Shown: in pieces, positions 38,889 to 48,331 of the stretch
How the letters are laid out: each line of letters begins with the position of its first letter
Numbering within the stretch: the stretch's first letter is position 1
Source of the DNA: Pseudomonadota bacterium
GTDB lineage: Bacteria; Pseudomonadota; Alphaproteobacteria; Micavibrionales; UBA1664
NCBI GenBank assembly: GCA_009926935.1
Contig: RFNZ01000001.1
Span: forward strand, 192,556-256,555
Length of the DNA stretch: 64,000 nt
Direction of reading: 5' to 3'
Notes under the pieces: model-generated
What the model was told of the DNA's origin: nothing
Seen by the model: the letters and a program-made list of their open reading frames with translations, nothing else
The model's database searches: none
Translations under genes and position numbers: made by a program

Positions 38889-39944
38889 TTAGAGCGTTGC
38901 GGCGTAATAACCGCTCTTTTTGTATTCAGAAATCGCAAAGCGGACGAGTACGCCGATGACCGCCGCCACCGGCACGGCTATCAAGAGCCCCGTGAACCCC
39001 AAAAGGCTGCCGCCCGCCATAAGGGCAAAAATGACCCAGAGCGGGTGCAGACCGATGTTTTCGCCTACCAGTTTCGGGGTCAGGAAATTGCCTTCCAAAA
39101 ACTGCCCGAGCGCAAAAACAACCAGCGCTGCGGCTACCAACATTGGGTCGCCCGTTGTAAACCACGCAACTGCAACCGCCATCAAAAGCCCAAAGCCAGA
39201 GCCCACATACGGCATGATGGAAAGAATGCCCGCGCTCATGCCAATCACAAAACCAAAACGCAAACCAATTGCCGATAGACCAATGCCGTAAAATAGGCCC
39301 AAAATAACGCAGACCGTAAGCTGGCCACGGATGAAGCCAGCCAGCGTTGTATCCGCCTCCTGCATCAGGCGTTTGACAACAGAAGCTTTGGCGCGCGGCA
39401 GAAGTTCATTGAATTTGGCGACCAGCTGGGGCCAATCGAGCATCATGTAAAAAGCCACGATCGGCATCAGCAAGGCAAAGCTGATGAGAGAGAGAACAGC
39501 GGCACCGCCCGCCAGAACGCCCGAGAGAATGTTTTTGCTGGCTTTAAAAATATTGCCAGCCTGCCCCTGAATGTTTTCAACCATCGCGGCTGTATCGGGC
39601 GTGATATCAACCCCAAACTTGGCTGCCATTGCCGAGACGGTTTTCTGACCCTGATCCAGCCACTGCGGTACATCCTGTGCCAGCAACACGATCTCACGGT
39701 AGAGCACCGGCACAAGAAGGCCGATGCCAATGCCAACGACAATCAAAAAACTGACAAGCAGAGTGAGTACCGCAAGCCAGCGCGGCCATTTGACTGCCTC
39801 GAGTTTTGTAACCATGGGGTTGAGCAGATAGGCAATGACCATACCCAATACAAAAGGCGTGAGGATACCCTGAAACAGCCAGAGAAAGCCGCCGAACAGA
39901 GCCACAACCAAAACCCAGAAAAATGACAGACTGCCAAAGTTCAT
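38889..39944 (-). CDS. AI-2E family transporter (PerM/UPF0118)
   Basis: 351 aa with about 8 TM segments and a characteristic C-terminal half, ...PYVGSGFGLLMAVAVAW...GLHPLWVIFALMAGGSLLGFTGLLIAVP. Confidence 0.8.
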   Translation of the reverse strand: MNFGSLSFFWVLVVALFGGFLWLFQGILTPFVLGMVIAYLLNPMVTKLEAVKWPRWLAVLTLLVSFLIVVGIGIGLLVPVLYREIVLLAQDVPQWLDQGQKTVSAMAAKFGVDITPDTAAMVENIQGQAGNIFKASKNILSGVLAGGAAVLSLISFALLMPIVAFYMMLDWPQLVAKFNELLPRAKASVVKRLMQEADTTLAGFIRGQLTVCVILGLFYGIGLSAIGLRFGFVIGMSAGILSIMPYVGSGFGLLMAVAVAWFTTGDPMLVAAALVVFALGQFLEGNFLTPKLVGENIGLHPLWVIFALMAGGSLLGFTGLLIAVPVAAVIGVLVRFAISEYKKSGYYAATL

Positions 39945-39958
39945 ATTGCCCTCAATGA

Positions 39959-41272
39959 TCAGTATCCACGCACGAAGCCAAGCGTGTATTGCGCAGGGCG
40001 ATCGCCCGTTGAAATACCTTCCGGTGCCGGTGCCAGTTGCAGGCCGTGGCGTGCGAGCGCCGCCATCAACATGCTGTTGTCACCACCATATACAAAATCG
40101 ATGCTGGCCTGTGATGGGCTTATGGCCCGCACATTCAGGCCCGTTACGCCCTCCACGCGCGCAAGCGCCTGACGCATGGCCACCCATTGCTGAAGCCCTG
40201 AAAAGCGTGCGAGCGTGCGGTATTGGCCGCCGGTTGGTGTTGGCATGGCCTGTTGCGGGGCGTGTGCAACTGGCATCGCAGATGCTTTTTGCTGCTGCAT
40301 TTCAGGCAAACCCTTGAGCGAGGCCACGGCCTTGCCTACGGCTTCAGCCAAGGCGTTCTGATTGTCGCTTGCATCCATGCCGAAGCGCCCCATAGGGATG
40401 GGCGCACCGTTCTGGAACTGATAGAGCGATACCAACAAACCACCGCCCGATGATTTTTCAGCAAGGGCCAGCACAACCTGAGAAGCGCCATAGCGTTTCA
40501 TGAGTGCGTCAATGTTGCCGCGACGTGAAAGCGGTTGAGGCGGGCTGTAATCCCGCACGTCATCCACATCGCCGACAGGCAAAACAATCGGCATCGATTT
40601 GTCACGGGACAGCGCCGGGTTTGTTTCCCAGGCGGCGCGCCAAGGATTGTTGTCGCCCCACAACGTCTGACGGCCGACTGGCCCGTACCATGGCAGAACC
40701 AGTACCGACCCTTGTGCTGCTGTTGCCTGTAAGGTTTTTGCTTTCTCGGGCACTACGGCTTTTTTGCGGGGTGAGTAAATGCCCTCTTCCGCGGTTTCTG
40801 CCGAGGTTTGTGTATTTTGCGCCTCGGATGCCACGGGGTCGCTGAAAGCGTCCGCTGTTTGTGTGATCTCGCTTTTTTCGGCTACGGGTGCATCCGCAAC
40901 CTCGATCGTTCTTTTGACTGCTGCGGGATTGAACCGGATATGCAGTGTGCCGGCGTAGCGTTTGGTTGTCATTTTCTCGTTCACGATTTCAAAATCGCGG
41001 ACAAGCGAGGCCAGAACCTTATCATCGGGGATTACGAGATTTGGGCGCTGCTCTGCTGAAAGCAACTTATCGGCGATCATGCCGTAGGCTTTGCGTCGTG
41101 CCTCGGCAAACGCTTTTTTGCGGGCATCGAGGGCCGAGTTACCGTTTACATCCACCTGCACGCCCTTGACGTTGTATATGCCGTCATCCTGCGCGGAAAC
41201 AGGGTGCGAAGCCCCCCCCAGAAAAATTATCATTAACGAGGCCAGAAAAAAGCGATACAACATCGTGCGCAT
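39959..41272 (-). CDS. DUF2066-like secreted protein
   Basis: Start at MRTMLYRFFLASLMIIFLGGASHPVSAQ (signal peptide). The call rests mainly on synteny (hda / permease / DUF2066 / purM / purN) and on YNVKGVQVDV...ARKKAFAEARRKA. Confidence 0.55.
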   Translation of the reverse strand: MRTMLYRFFLASLMIIFLGGASHPVSAQDDGIYNVKGVQVDVNGNSALDARKKAFAEARRKAYGMIADKLLSAEQRPNLVIPDDKVLASLVRDFEIVNEKMTTKRYAGTLHIRFNPAAVKRTIEVADAPVAEKSEITQTADAFSDPVASEAQNTQTSAETAEEGIYSPRKKAVVPEKAKTLQATAAQGSVLVLPWYGPVGRQTLWGDNNPWRAAWETNPALSRDKSMPIVLPVGDVDDVRDYSPPQPLSRRGNIDALMKRYGASQVVLALAEKSSGGGLLVSLYQFQNGAPIPMGRFGMDASDNQNALAEAVGKAVASLKGLPEMQQQKASAMPVAHAPQQAMPTPTGGQYRTLARFSGLQQWVAMRQALARVEGVTGLNVRAISPSQASIDFVYGGDNSMLMAALARHGLQLAPAPEGISTGDRPAQYTLGFVRGY

Positions 41273-41338
41273 GGGGTATGAGGACCAAAAGTTATGGGTT
41301 TCACCCCTTTGTACAACTATGGAAGGACTGGCTTCAAC

Positions 41339-42412
41339 ATGAAAGGTCAAAGCGGGGAAGCTTATAAACAGGCGGGCGTCGATGTGGATGCCGGCAATGC
41401 CCTTGTTGAAGCCATCAAACCTGCCGCCGCCGCCTCAAAACGGGCGGGCGTTATGTCGGGTCTTGGCGGGTTTGGAGCATTTTTCGACACGAAAGCCGCC
41501 GGTTTTATCGACCCTATTCTGGTTGCTACCACGGACGGCGTCGGCACCAAGCTTAAAATCGCCATCGATACGGGCCGCCACGAGGGTATCGGGCAGGACC
41601 TCGTTGCGATGTGCGTCAATGACCTGATTGTGCAAGGGGCGGAACCCCTGTTTTTCCTTGATTATTTTGCGACAGGCAAGCTGGATGTTGCCCATGCCGC
41701 AACCATCGTTAACGGTATAGCCAAAGCCTGCCAGGATGTAGGTTGCGCGCTGATCGGCGGTGAAACCGCTGAAATGCCGGGGATGTACGCCAAAGGCGAT
41801 TACGACCTTGCAGGCTTTGCCGTGGGTGCCGTTGAACGCGGTCGCCAGATTACCGGCGAGACGATCAAAGCTGGTGATGCCGTGCTTGGCATTTCTTCGA
41901 GCGGGGTTCACTCCAATGGATATTCCCTTGTACGCAAAATCGTGACCGATGCGGGTGCGGACTTACATGCACCCTGCCCGTTTGCACCTAATATCAGCCT
42001 TGCCGAGGCCTTGCTTGTGCCCACAAAGCTATACGTGAAGCCGCTTCTGGCGGCTATCAAGGCGGGTGCGCCTATCAAGGGCCTTGCGCATATTACGGGC
42101 GGCGGCCTGCTTGAAAACATCCCGCGCGTACTGCCCAAGGGCCTGGGTGTACGCCTTGATGCCCGCGCCTGGCCGCTTCTACCTGTCTTTCAATGGATGG
42201 CCAAGGCCGGAAAACTGACACCAACCGACCTTGCCCGCACCTTTAACTGCGGTATAGGGATGGTTGTGGTTGTGCCCGCCAGCGAGGCACAAAACACGCT
42301 TAAGACCTTGACGAACCTCGGGGAAACCGTTTACGCAATCGGGTCCGTCGAGGCCATGGAAGGCGACATGCGCGTGGCCATCGATAACGCCGAAACAAGC
42401 TGGATGGAATAA
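41339..42412 (+). CDS. purM: phosphoribosylformylglycinamidine cyclo-ligase (AIR synthetase)
   Basis: Start at MKGQSGEAYKQAGVDVDAGN. Blocks: GGFGAFF, VATTDGVGTKLKIA, DLVAMCVNDL, GGETAEMPG, HITGGGLLENIPR. Confidence 0.95.
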   Translation: MKGQSGEAYKQAGVDVDAGNALVEAIKPAAAASKRAGVMSGLGGFGAFFDTKAAGFIDPILVATTDGVGTKLKIAIDTGRHEGIGQDLVAMCVNDLIVQGAEPLFFLDYFATGKLDVAHAATIVNGIAKACQDVGCALIGGETAEMPGMYAKGDYDLAGFAVGAVERGRQITGETIKAGDAVLGISSSGVHSNGYSLVRKIVTDAGADLHAPCPFAPNISLAEALLVPTKLYVKPLLAAIKAGAPIKGLAHITGGGLLENIPRVLPKGLGVRLDARAWPLLPVFQWMAKAGKLTPTDLARTFNCGIGMVVVVPASEAQNTLKTLTNLGETVYAIGSVEAMEGDMRVAIDNAETSWME

Positions 42413-42416
42413 AACC

Positions 42417-43244
42417 GTGACCAAACTCAAGCTGGCTGTCCTGATTTCCGGACGCGGGTCTAACCTGCAAGCCCTTATCGATGCCTGCAAGGTACCGGGT
42501 TATCCCGCGGAGATTGCCGTTGTCGTATCCAACAACCCGGAAGCGCAGGGCCTCGCCCGTGCAGCCGAGGCCGGTATCCCTGCCATGATTTGCGATCATA
42601 CGTATTTTAAAGGCGACAAGGACGGCTTTGAGGATGCGCTTGCGACCATTGTCGAGCAAAGCGGGGCCGGGCTTGTTTGCCTTGCGGGTTTCATGCGAAT
42701 TCTCTCGCCACGCTTTCTGAACCGTTTCCGCGACCGTGTTATCAATATCCATCCGTCGCTCCTGCCAGCCTATAAGGGGCTTGATACCCATGCCCGCGCG
42801 CTGGCCGCTGGCGAAAAAACCCATGGCTGCAGCGTGCATGTTGTGACGGCGGGGATGGATGAAGGGGCCGTGATTGCCCAGACACCGGTCCCCATCAAGG
42901 CGGGTGATACCGAGGAAACCCTTGCAGCCCGCGTGCTTACCGAAGAACATACCCTTTACCCCAGCGTAGTTGCCGAGATCGCCCGGGGGGCTGTCGTCAT
43001 CCGTCAGGGACGGATTGAAAGGGACGCGCCATTACGGCATCATGATGCTGTTGGAACCGAATCGCCTAAACCATCGGAACACACCATGAGCCACGATACC
43101 CATCATCACGACCACCCTGTTGTTGCGGATGCCCAGTCCGTTGAAAGGGCTCACGCCATGTGGACGGCTTTCACCAAGGCGACGGTCGTTGCGGGAGGTG
43201 CGATTGTCGTTGTGCTCATCCTTCTCGCGGCACTTGTTGCCTAG
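42417..43244 (+). CDS. purN: phosphoribosylglycinamide formyltransferase fused in frame to an aa3-type cytochrome oxidase subunit IV-like membrane peptide
   Basis: The PurN blocks LAVLISGRGSNLQALIDA, NIHPSLLPAYKGLDTH and GCSVHVVTAGMDEGAVIAQ extend to about residue 210. After a short linker the ORF reads MSHDTHHHDHPVVADAQSVERAHAMWTAFTKATVVAGGAIVVVLILLAALVA (43086-43244), with no intervening stop. Confidence 0.85.
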   Translation: MTKLKLAVLISGRGSNLQALIDACKVPGYPAEIAVVVSNNPEAQGLARAAEAGIPAMICDHTYFKGDKDGFEDALATIVEQSGAGLVCLAGFMRILSPRFLNRFRDRVINIHPSLLPAYKGLDTHARALAAGEKTHGCSVHVVTAGMDEGAVIAQTPVPIKAGDTEETLAARVLTEEHTLYPSVVAEIARGAVVIRQGRIERDAPLRHHDAVGTESPKPSEHTMSHDTHHHDHPVVADAQSVERAHAMWTAFTKATVVAGGAIVVVLILLAALVA

Positions 43245-46200
43245 AGTCCTTCAGGTTTTATTTCTGTTCTGCCTTGCCCTGCTTTGTGCAGGCCATGAGG
43301 CCCGTGCCCAGAATTTTTCAACACAGATTGTCCTGAGCGACAAACAGGGCAGCTATGACGTTACATCATTTACTTACCATACACGTGACATCGCCCGTGA
43401 GCTGAGCGCACGCGAAATCTTTTTACGCCATCAGAGCAACTTGCGCGGCGAACGTCTGAATGCCGGGCCGATCGATCTCTCTCTTGATCCTGTGCCACAC
43501 TGGCTGCTTTTTGATATCCGCAACGACAGTCACCGCAGCGACTGGGTTTTGGATTTCGGCACGCTTGCACAAGGCCGTACCGGGATGGCGGCGCAGCTTA
43601 TCGTCCAGAACGGGCAGAGAAACAGCACGATCATACCTGTTGGACGATTTGCTAAGACCAGCTATGCCCTGAACCTCCTTCCCGGCCAGTCCATGACGGT
43701 TGTGATGTACGTGATACCGACCGATCATGCGCCTTTTGTTCTGGCTCCACGTATCATTGAAGCCTCGGCTATTCTTGATGGCAGCGATCCTGTTTCGGAT
43801 CGCACGCTCAGAACCACCGTGCTTCTTATGATTGCGGGCGCCCTTATGTTTTTTGCGGGTGGCCTGTTTTTACGCCGCGGCGTCAGCTTTTTTCCGTTCG
43901 TGCTTTTTTTCGCGGTTCAGGCCGCATGGCTGTGGCTGAGCGGGCATCACATCTATGCCGCTTTGCCGGGGCAAACTGATTTTCAGGGGATTGCGATTGC
44001 GACATCCGCCTTTTTTGCACTGGCTGCAACGCAGTCGCTCGTCATCTCGCAGGAGGGCGAGGCCGGCGACAGCCTGCTTTTGTACATTTGCGCGAGCTTT
44101 GTTTTTCTTGCGATCATTCTGTTTGCCTTTATCGCGCCCGAAGGTAGCGTTATACGTATCGGGATTGTCGGCGTCTGTGCCGTTCTTGGCTATGGAATGG
44201 CGGCCATCAAGGCCCTTATGGTCAGGCGCGAACTGCGCTGGGCGGGGCTTGCTACCGCACTTGCGTGGCTGACCATGCTGTTTGGTACGGCCCTGCCTTA
44301 CAGCGTGTTTTTAACCAAGAGCGTTGATCCTGTTTTCATGGCCGCACCATGGCTTGCGATGCCGATCGTGTGCATTTTACTGGTGCTGGCCGGTGCTGCG
44401 TACATCAGAGCCGGCAATACATGGCTCGTACGCGAGGTGCTACGGCAGGCGCACCGTGCCCAGACGCAAAACCGCCTGAAGATGAGCAAAGAAACAGCGG
44501 ACCAAGCGCGCCTGTTGCGCGTCATCGAGCGCGAGCGCGAGATCATGCAGGATTTGCGCGCGCGGGAAGCCGAGCGTACCGAAGAAATGCGCATGGCCAA
44601 AATATCGGCGGATGAAGCCAACCGCGCGAAATCAGCTTTTCTTGCCATCGTCAGTCACGAGATCCGCACCCCTATGACGGGCATCATGGGGATGATCCGC
44701 CTGATGCTGGATACCCAGCTTACGCGCGAACAGCGCGACTTTGCGCAAACCGTTCAGGATTCGGGCGATGCCATGCTTGCACTGCTGAATGATATTCTCG
44801 ACTTCTCGAAAATCGAGGGCGGCGGCATGGATATCGAATCCATCGACTTCGACCTCCACCGGATCATCCAGAGTGTTGCGATGCTCATGAACGGGCACGC
44901 AGCACATAAGGGCATATACCTGCAAACGGATATCGATATTGATGCGCCACGTTATCTCAAGGGTGACCCTACACGCCTCCGGCAAGTGCTTTTGAACCTT
45001 GTCGGGAACGCCATCAAATTTACAGCGCGCGGCGGTGTTACACTGCGCCTCAAAAGCGGCGACCCTGCCCTTGCTACCGGTGACAAGGCCAGCTATCTGC
45101 CCTTTACGTGCTCGATTGAAGATACGGGGATCGGTATTTCGGAAGAGGCGCAGAAAAACCTTTTCAATCCTTTCTCGCAAGCCGACTCCAGTATCGCCCG
45201 CAAGTTTGGCGGCACCGGCCTTGGTCTTGCGATCTGTAAACGCCTGATTGAGGCGATGGGCAGCGATATCATGCTCTCGAGCATTGAAGGCCAGGGCACG
45301 ACGTTTTTCTTTACCCTTCTGCTTCCGCCTGGCGACCAGCAGGCCGCGCAGGATGACGGGCGCGGTGCCGAAGGCCAGGGCGGTACAAACATTGCCCAGC
45401 CGATGGAACTTCTGGTTGTCGATGACAACGCCATCAACCGCAAGGTCATGGAAGGGCTATTGGGCCGCGACGGGCACCGCATTACATCGGTTGCCAGCGG
45501 GCAGGAAGCATTATCGACACTTGCCGAAAGATCATTTGATCTTGTTTTCATGGATATTGAAATGCCGGAGATGAACGGTATCGAAACCATGGGGCACATC
45601 AAAACATCCACCGATCCGCGCGTAGCCAATACACCGGTTGTTGCGCTTACAGGTAATGTTGGCGATGATGACCGCGCGCATTATCTGGCATCAGGCATGC
45701 GCGATACGATTGCAAAACCCATAGATCCCGAGCGCCTGCGCCAAGTGTTGCTGACCTTCGGCAAGCCAAAGGCCGCAACGGTCGTACCTGCCAAATCACA
45801 ATCTAAGGCCCCTGTAACCTTTGAACTAAGTGCGGAAGATCTTGATGAGGACAGTTTTTCAGGATCCGTCGAATATGCGCATCCGGCCTCGCAGCAGGCA
45901 TCGCTGCCCGAAGAGCTACCTGAGCAGACCGATAACGATCATGCCGAGGCGCCCGCAGCCGATACACAACCCAGCGTTTCGATACCGCAGGGGTTGAATA
46001 ATCCTTTGCTTGATGATGCCATTTTCGGGTCGCTTAAAAACTCGCTCGATGAGGCGCAGCTCAATGAAATGCTCGCGGGCGTGTTTGCACACAACCGTGC
46101 CGTATTGCCGAACCTGCAGACCGCCTTCAATGACGAGGACACCGAAGCATTGCGAGGCGCCGCGCATGAACTTAAGGGCATGAACGGTAACTTTGGCCTG

Positions 46201-46338
46201 AAGGCGATTGCACATGCCGCAGCCGCCATTGAAAAGGGATGCCGATCTGGCGAGCTAACCTACAGCCAGATGGAAGAACTTGTTTTCACAACTCTGCCTG
46301 AAGCCATCACCAATACGGAAAAACTTTTTCTGGGTTAG
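43234..46338 (+). CDS. hybrid sensor histidine kinase (7TMR-DISM sensor, HisKA, HATPase, REC, HPt)
   Basis: A signal-like N-terminus (VLQVLFLFCLALLCAGHEARAQ), an extracellular domain and seven hydrophobic segments. H-box FLAIVSHEIRTPM, N/G boxes NLVGNAIKFT and GTGLGLAICK, REC LLVVDDNAINR...DLVFMDIEMPEMNG, and HPt HELKGMNGNFG. The probable start is a TTG at 43234 or 43237, overlapping the purN-fusion stop. Confidence 0.85.
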   Translation: MLPRVLQVLFLFCLALLCAGHEARAQNFSTQIVLSDKQGSYDVTSFTYHTRDIARELSAREIFLRHQSNLRGERLNAGPIDLSLDPVPHWLLFDIRNDSHRSDWVLDFGTLAQGRTGMAAQLIVQNGQRNSTIIPVGRFAKTSYALNLLPGQSMTVVMYVIPTDHAPFVLAPRIIEASAILDGSDPVSDRTLRTTVLLMIAGALMFFAGGLFLRRGVSFFPFVLFFAVQAAWLWLSGHHIYAALPGQTDFQGIAIATSAFFALAATQSLVISQEGEAGDSLLLYICASFVFLAIILFAFIAPEGSVIRIGIVGVCAVLGYGMAAIKALMVRRELRWAGLATALAWLTMLFGTALPYSVFLTKSVDPVFMAAPWLAMPIVCILLVLAGAAYIRAGNTWLVREVLRQAHRAQTQNRLKMSKETADQARLLRVIEREREIMQDLRAREAERTEEMRMAKISADEANRAKSAFLAIVSHEIRTPMTGIMGMIRLMLDTQLTREQRDFAQTVQDSGDAMLALLNDILDFSKIEGGGMDIESIDFDLHRIIQSVAMLMNGHAAHKGIYLQTDIDIDAPRYLKGDPTRLRQVLLNLVGNAIKFTARGGVTLRLKSGDPALATGDKASYLPFTCSIEDTGIGISEEAQKNLFNPFSQADSSIARKFGGTGLGLAICKRLIEAMGSDIMLSSIEGQGTTFFFTLLLPPGDQQAAQDDGRGAEGQGGTNIAQPMELLVVDDNAINRKVMEGLLGRDGHRITSVASGQEALSTLAERSFDLVFMDIEMPEMNGIETMGHIKTSTDPRVANTPVVALTGNVGDDDRAHYLASGMRDTIAKPIDPERLRQVLLTFGKPKAATVVPAKSQSKAPVTFELSAEDLDEDSFSGSVEYAHPASQQASLPEELPEQTDNDHAEAPAADTQPSVSIPQGLNNPLLDDAIFGSLKNSLDEAQLNEMLAGVFAHNRAVLPNLQTAFNDEDTEALRGAAHELKGMNGNFGLKAIAHAAAAIEKGCRSGELTYSQMEELVFTTLPEAITNTEKLFLG

Positions 46339-46356
46339 CCCTTAGCGCAGAGCATT

Positions 46357-46378
46357 AAAAAAACCGCCTATCTGGCGG
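46357..46378 (-). terminator. small GC hairpin with a U-run (minus-strand reading) downstream of the 46404 gene
   Basis: a7-ccgcc-tatct-ggcgg. On the minus strand the hairpin is followed by T7. The stem is short (5 bp). Confidence 0.4.
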
Positions 46379-46403
46379 CGGATGACTTTTAGTATTTTGT
46401 TTG

Positions 46404-46799
46404 TCAGGCTGTGACTGTTTCGCGGGGCGCGATACGGATGCTTTGGCGATAAAGACACAGATGGCGGTGCCAGGTTGCGAGTGTCTCGGCTGAACCCTTC
46501 ATGTAGGATACCGAAACTATCATTTTGACAGGGCTGTTGCGCTCGATCCCGTCATCCTGCTCGATTGCGGCTTCATGGAGAGAGACCGTCACATCAAGGT
46601 CATGCGCTTTCATGGCGCATACATTGCCACCGCGCAGGAAGGAAACGGTCAGGCCGCACAACATCGACTGATAAAGGCCTTCCGCCAGTGCGGAACTGCT
46701 GTAAACACGATTGCCCTCACGGCGGACAAGATCAGCCATGTCGAGAACAGCGTGAGCTTCCGACCACTCGGGCAACGATGGTTGTTTTGACAGCATCAT
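46404..46799 (-). CDS. hypothetical protein (131 aa)
   Basis: ORF 46404..46943. The start at MMLSKQPSLPEW (46799) avoids overlap with the upstream hydrolase gene. No recognised motif. Confidence 0.4.
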   Translation of the reverse strand: MMLSKQPSLPEWSEAHAVLDMADLVRREGNRVYSSSALAEGLYQSMLCGLTVSFLRGGNVCAMKAHDLDVTVSLHEAAIEQDDGIERNSPVKMIVSVSYMKGSAETLATWHRHLCLYRQSIRIAPRETVTA

Positions 46800-46872
46800 T
46801 TGAGTTTCAACGCTATTTAAGGCGAAAATCGGGCAAAAATCCAGTATTTCCGTATAGTTAGAGATTTCCCAA

Positions 46873-47571
46873 CTATGCCGCTTCGGCAAGCAGGAGTTCC
46901 GCCATTTTTTCTGGATCAACCGTGCGGCCAGCCTGAGCCACATTCATGTGGTCGTGCATCGCCTCGACCAGATCACCCATGCGATTCTTGAAAAAGTGAT
47001 TCGCGCCATCGACCATACGGTGATCGATTTTTATGCCTTTTTGCGTACGCAGTTTTTCAACGAGTTTCTGGACGGGTTGTGGCGTTACCATATCGTCGCC
47101 AGCGCCGTGGATGATAAGGCCCGATGTCGGGCATGGTGCCAAAAAGCTGAAGTCATAAACATTAGCCGGTGGCGCTACTGAAATAAACCCACGGATCTCG
47201 GGGCGGCGCATCAGAAGCTGCATGCCCACCCATGCGCCAAAAGCAAAACCGCCAACCCACACATAAGGCGCGTTGGGATTAAGTGCCTGCATCCAATCCA
47301 ATGCGGCGGCGGCGTCTGAAAGTTCGCCCTCGCCTTTATCGTGCGTGCCCTGGCTTTTGCCAACTCCGCGGAAATTAAAGCGCAGTGTTGAAAACCCTCT
47401 TGCCACGAAAGTCTGATGCATGGCGTAGGAGATTTTGTTATTCATGGTGCCACCGTGCTCGGGGTGCGGGTGGAGAACCAGCGCCAGCGGGGCATTTGTC
47501 ATTTTAGAGTGTGTGTAGCGACCTTCGAGGCGGCCTGCGGGGCCATTGATGATAATCTCAGGCATTGGCAA
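46873..47571 (-). CDS. alpha/beta hydrolase fold protein
   Basis: The pattern GRLEGRY...LVLHPHPEHGGTMNNK...RFNFRGVGKSQG...GGFAFGAW...IHGAGDDMV...ANHFF is typical of the small alpha/beta hydrolases of unknown substrate found in alphaproteobacteria. The nucleophile elbow is atypical (GFAFG). Confidence 0.75.
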   Translation of the reverse strand: MPMPEIIINGPAGRLEGRYTHSKMTNAPLALVLHPHPEHGGTMNNKISYAMHQTFVARGFSTLRFNFRGVGKSQGTHDKGEGELSDAAAALDWMQALNPNAPYVWVGGFAFGAWVGMQLLMRRPEIRGFISVAPPANVYDFSFLAPCPTSGLIIHGAGDDMVTPQPVQKLVEKLRTQKGIKIDHRMVDGANHFFKNRMGDLVEAMHDHMNVAQAGRTVDPEKMAELLLAEAA

Positions 47572-47852
47572 CTTTCTTGAAAAACTATCGTTTCATGTTC
47601 CCTTGAAAGCCCTGCTTATCGTTATATTTCAAACAGGAAGCATCAACCTCAAGGCCAATTTACGCGTAGTGGCCTTATATTGAAATGTCCAGCGTGTTGT
47701 CAAATAACTTTCGCACTGCAGCATTTTTGATATTGACCTTCCGTAAGGCTGACTTGACATGAAAACCTTATGATCCATTTCACTTATTGCAGCTTGCAGG
47801 CTTTTTAAAAAAAATCACGCGCACGAATGAAAAAGATAGGCACTAAAAAGTT

Positions 47853-48317
47853 ATGACTAATATAAATCAGGATACTGAGCTCTTTGAAATTTCAACGCGC
47901 GGGCGCCATGCCTTAACAGCGATGGTTGACCTTGCCCGCCGTGGGGGCGACCGACCTGTTCCGCTTTCTGATATTGCGGCCAACCGGAAGATATCGCTGT
48001 CCTATCTTGAGCAGTTGTTCTCTGGCCTGCGGCGCCACGGGCTTGTGAAAAGCTACCGGGGCCCCGGCGGCGGGTATGTTCTTGCCAAGCCTGCCTGCGA
48101 TATCAGCGTTACCTCTATTATCCACGCCGCAGATGACCTGCCCGTGCGGGCACCCCAGCCACACATCCGGCGGCTGAGATCGGATGATGATGCCACTTTC
48201 AAGCTTTGGGAGAGCCTTGGCGGCCATATCGCAAGACTGCTCGATCAGGTCACGCTTGATGACGTCGCATCAGAACGCGTTGAAGTTTATCAAAAAGTCT
48301 TTAAAACCCAGCCCTAA
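47853..48317 (+). CDS. Rrf2 family transcriptional regulator (IscR-like, lacking the Cys cluster ligands)
   Basis: TRGRHALTAMVDLAR...PLSDIAANRKISLSYLEQLFSGLRRHGLVKSYRGPGGGYVLAK. Only one Cys follows the wHTH, so the three-Cys Fe-S ligand set is absent. Confidence 0.85.
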   Translation: MTNINQDTELFEISTRGRHALTAMVDLARRGGDRPVPLSDIAANRKISLSYLEQLFSGLRRHGLVKSYRGPGGGYVLAKPACDISVTSIIHAADDLPVRAPQPHIRRLRSDDDATFKLWESLGGHIARLLDQVTLDDVASERVEVYQKVFKTQP

Positions 48318-48331
48318 GAGGGCTTAAGGGT

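Noticed and set aside
38493-39278. 261-aa plus-strand ORF
   Set aside because: It is antisense to hdaA and the AI-2E permease, and its translation is highly basic with low complexity.
42300-42950. 216-aa minus-strand ORF
   Set aside because: It is antisense to the purM/purN junction.
47827-47856. The 9-codon uORF (MKKIGTKKL) as an independent gene
   Set aside because: It is too short to call as a feature, and the ATGA overlap with the Rrf2 start may be chance. It is mentioned only within the Fe-S locus finding.
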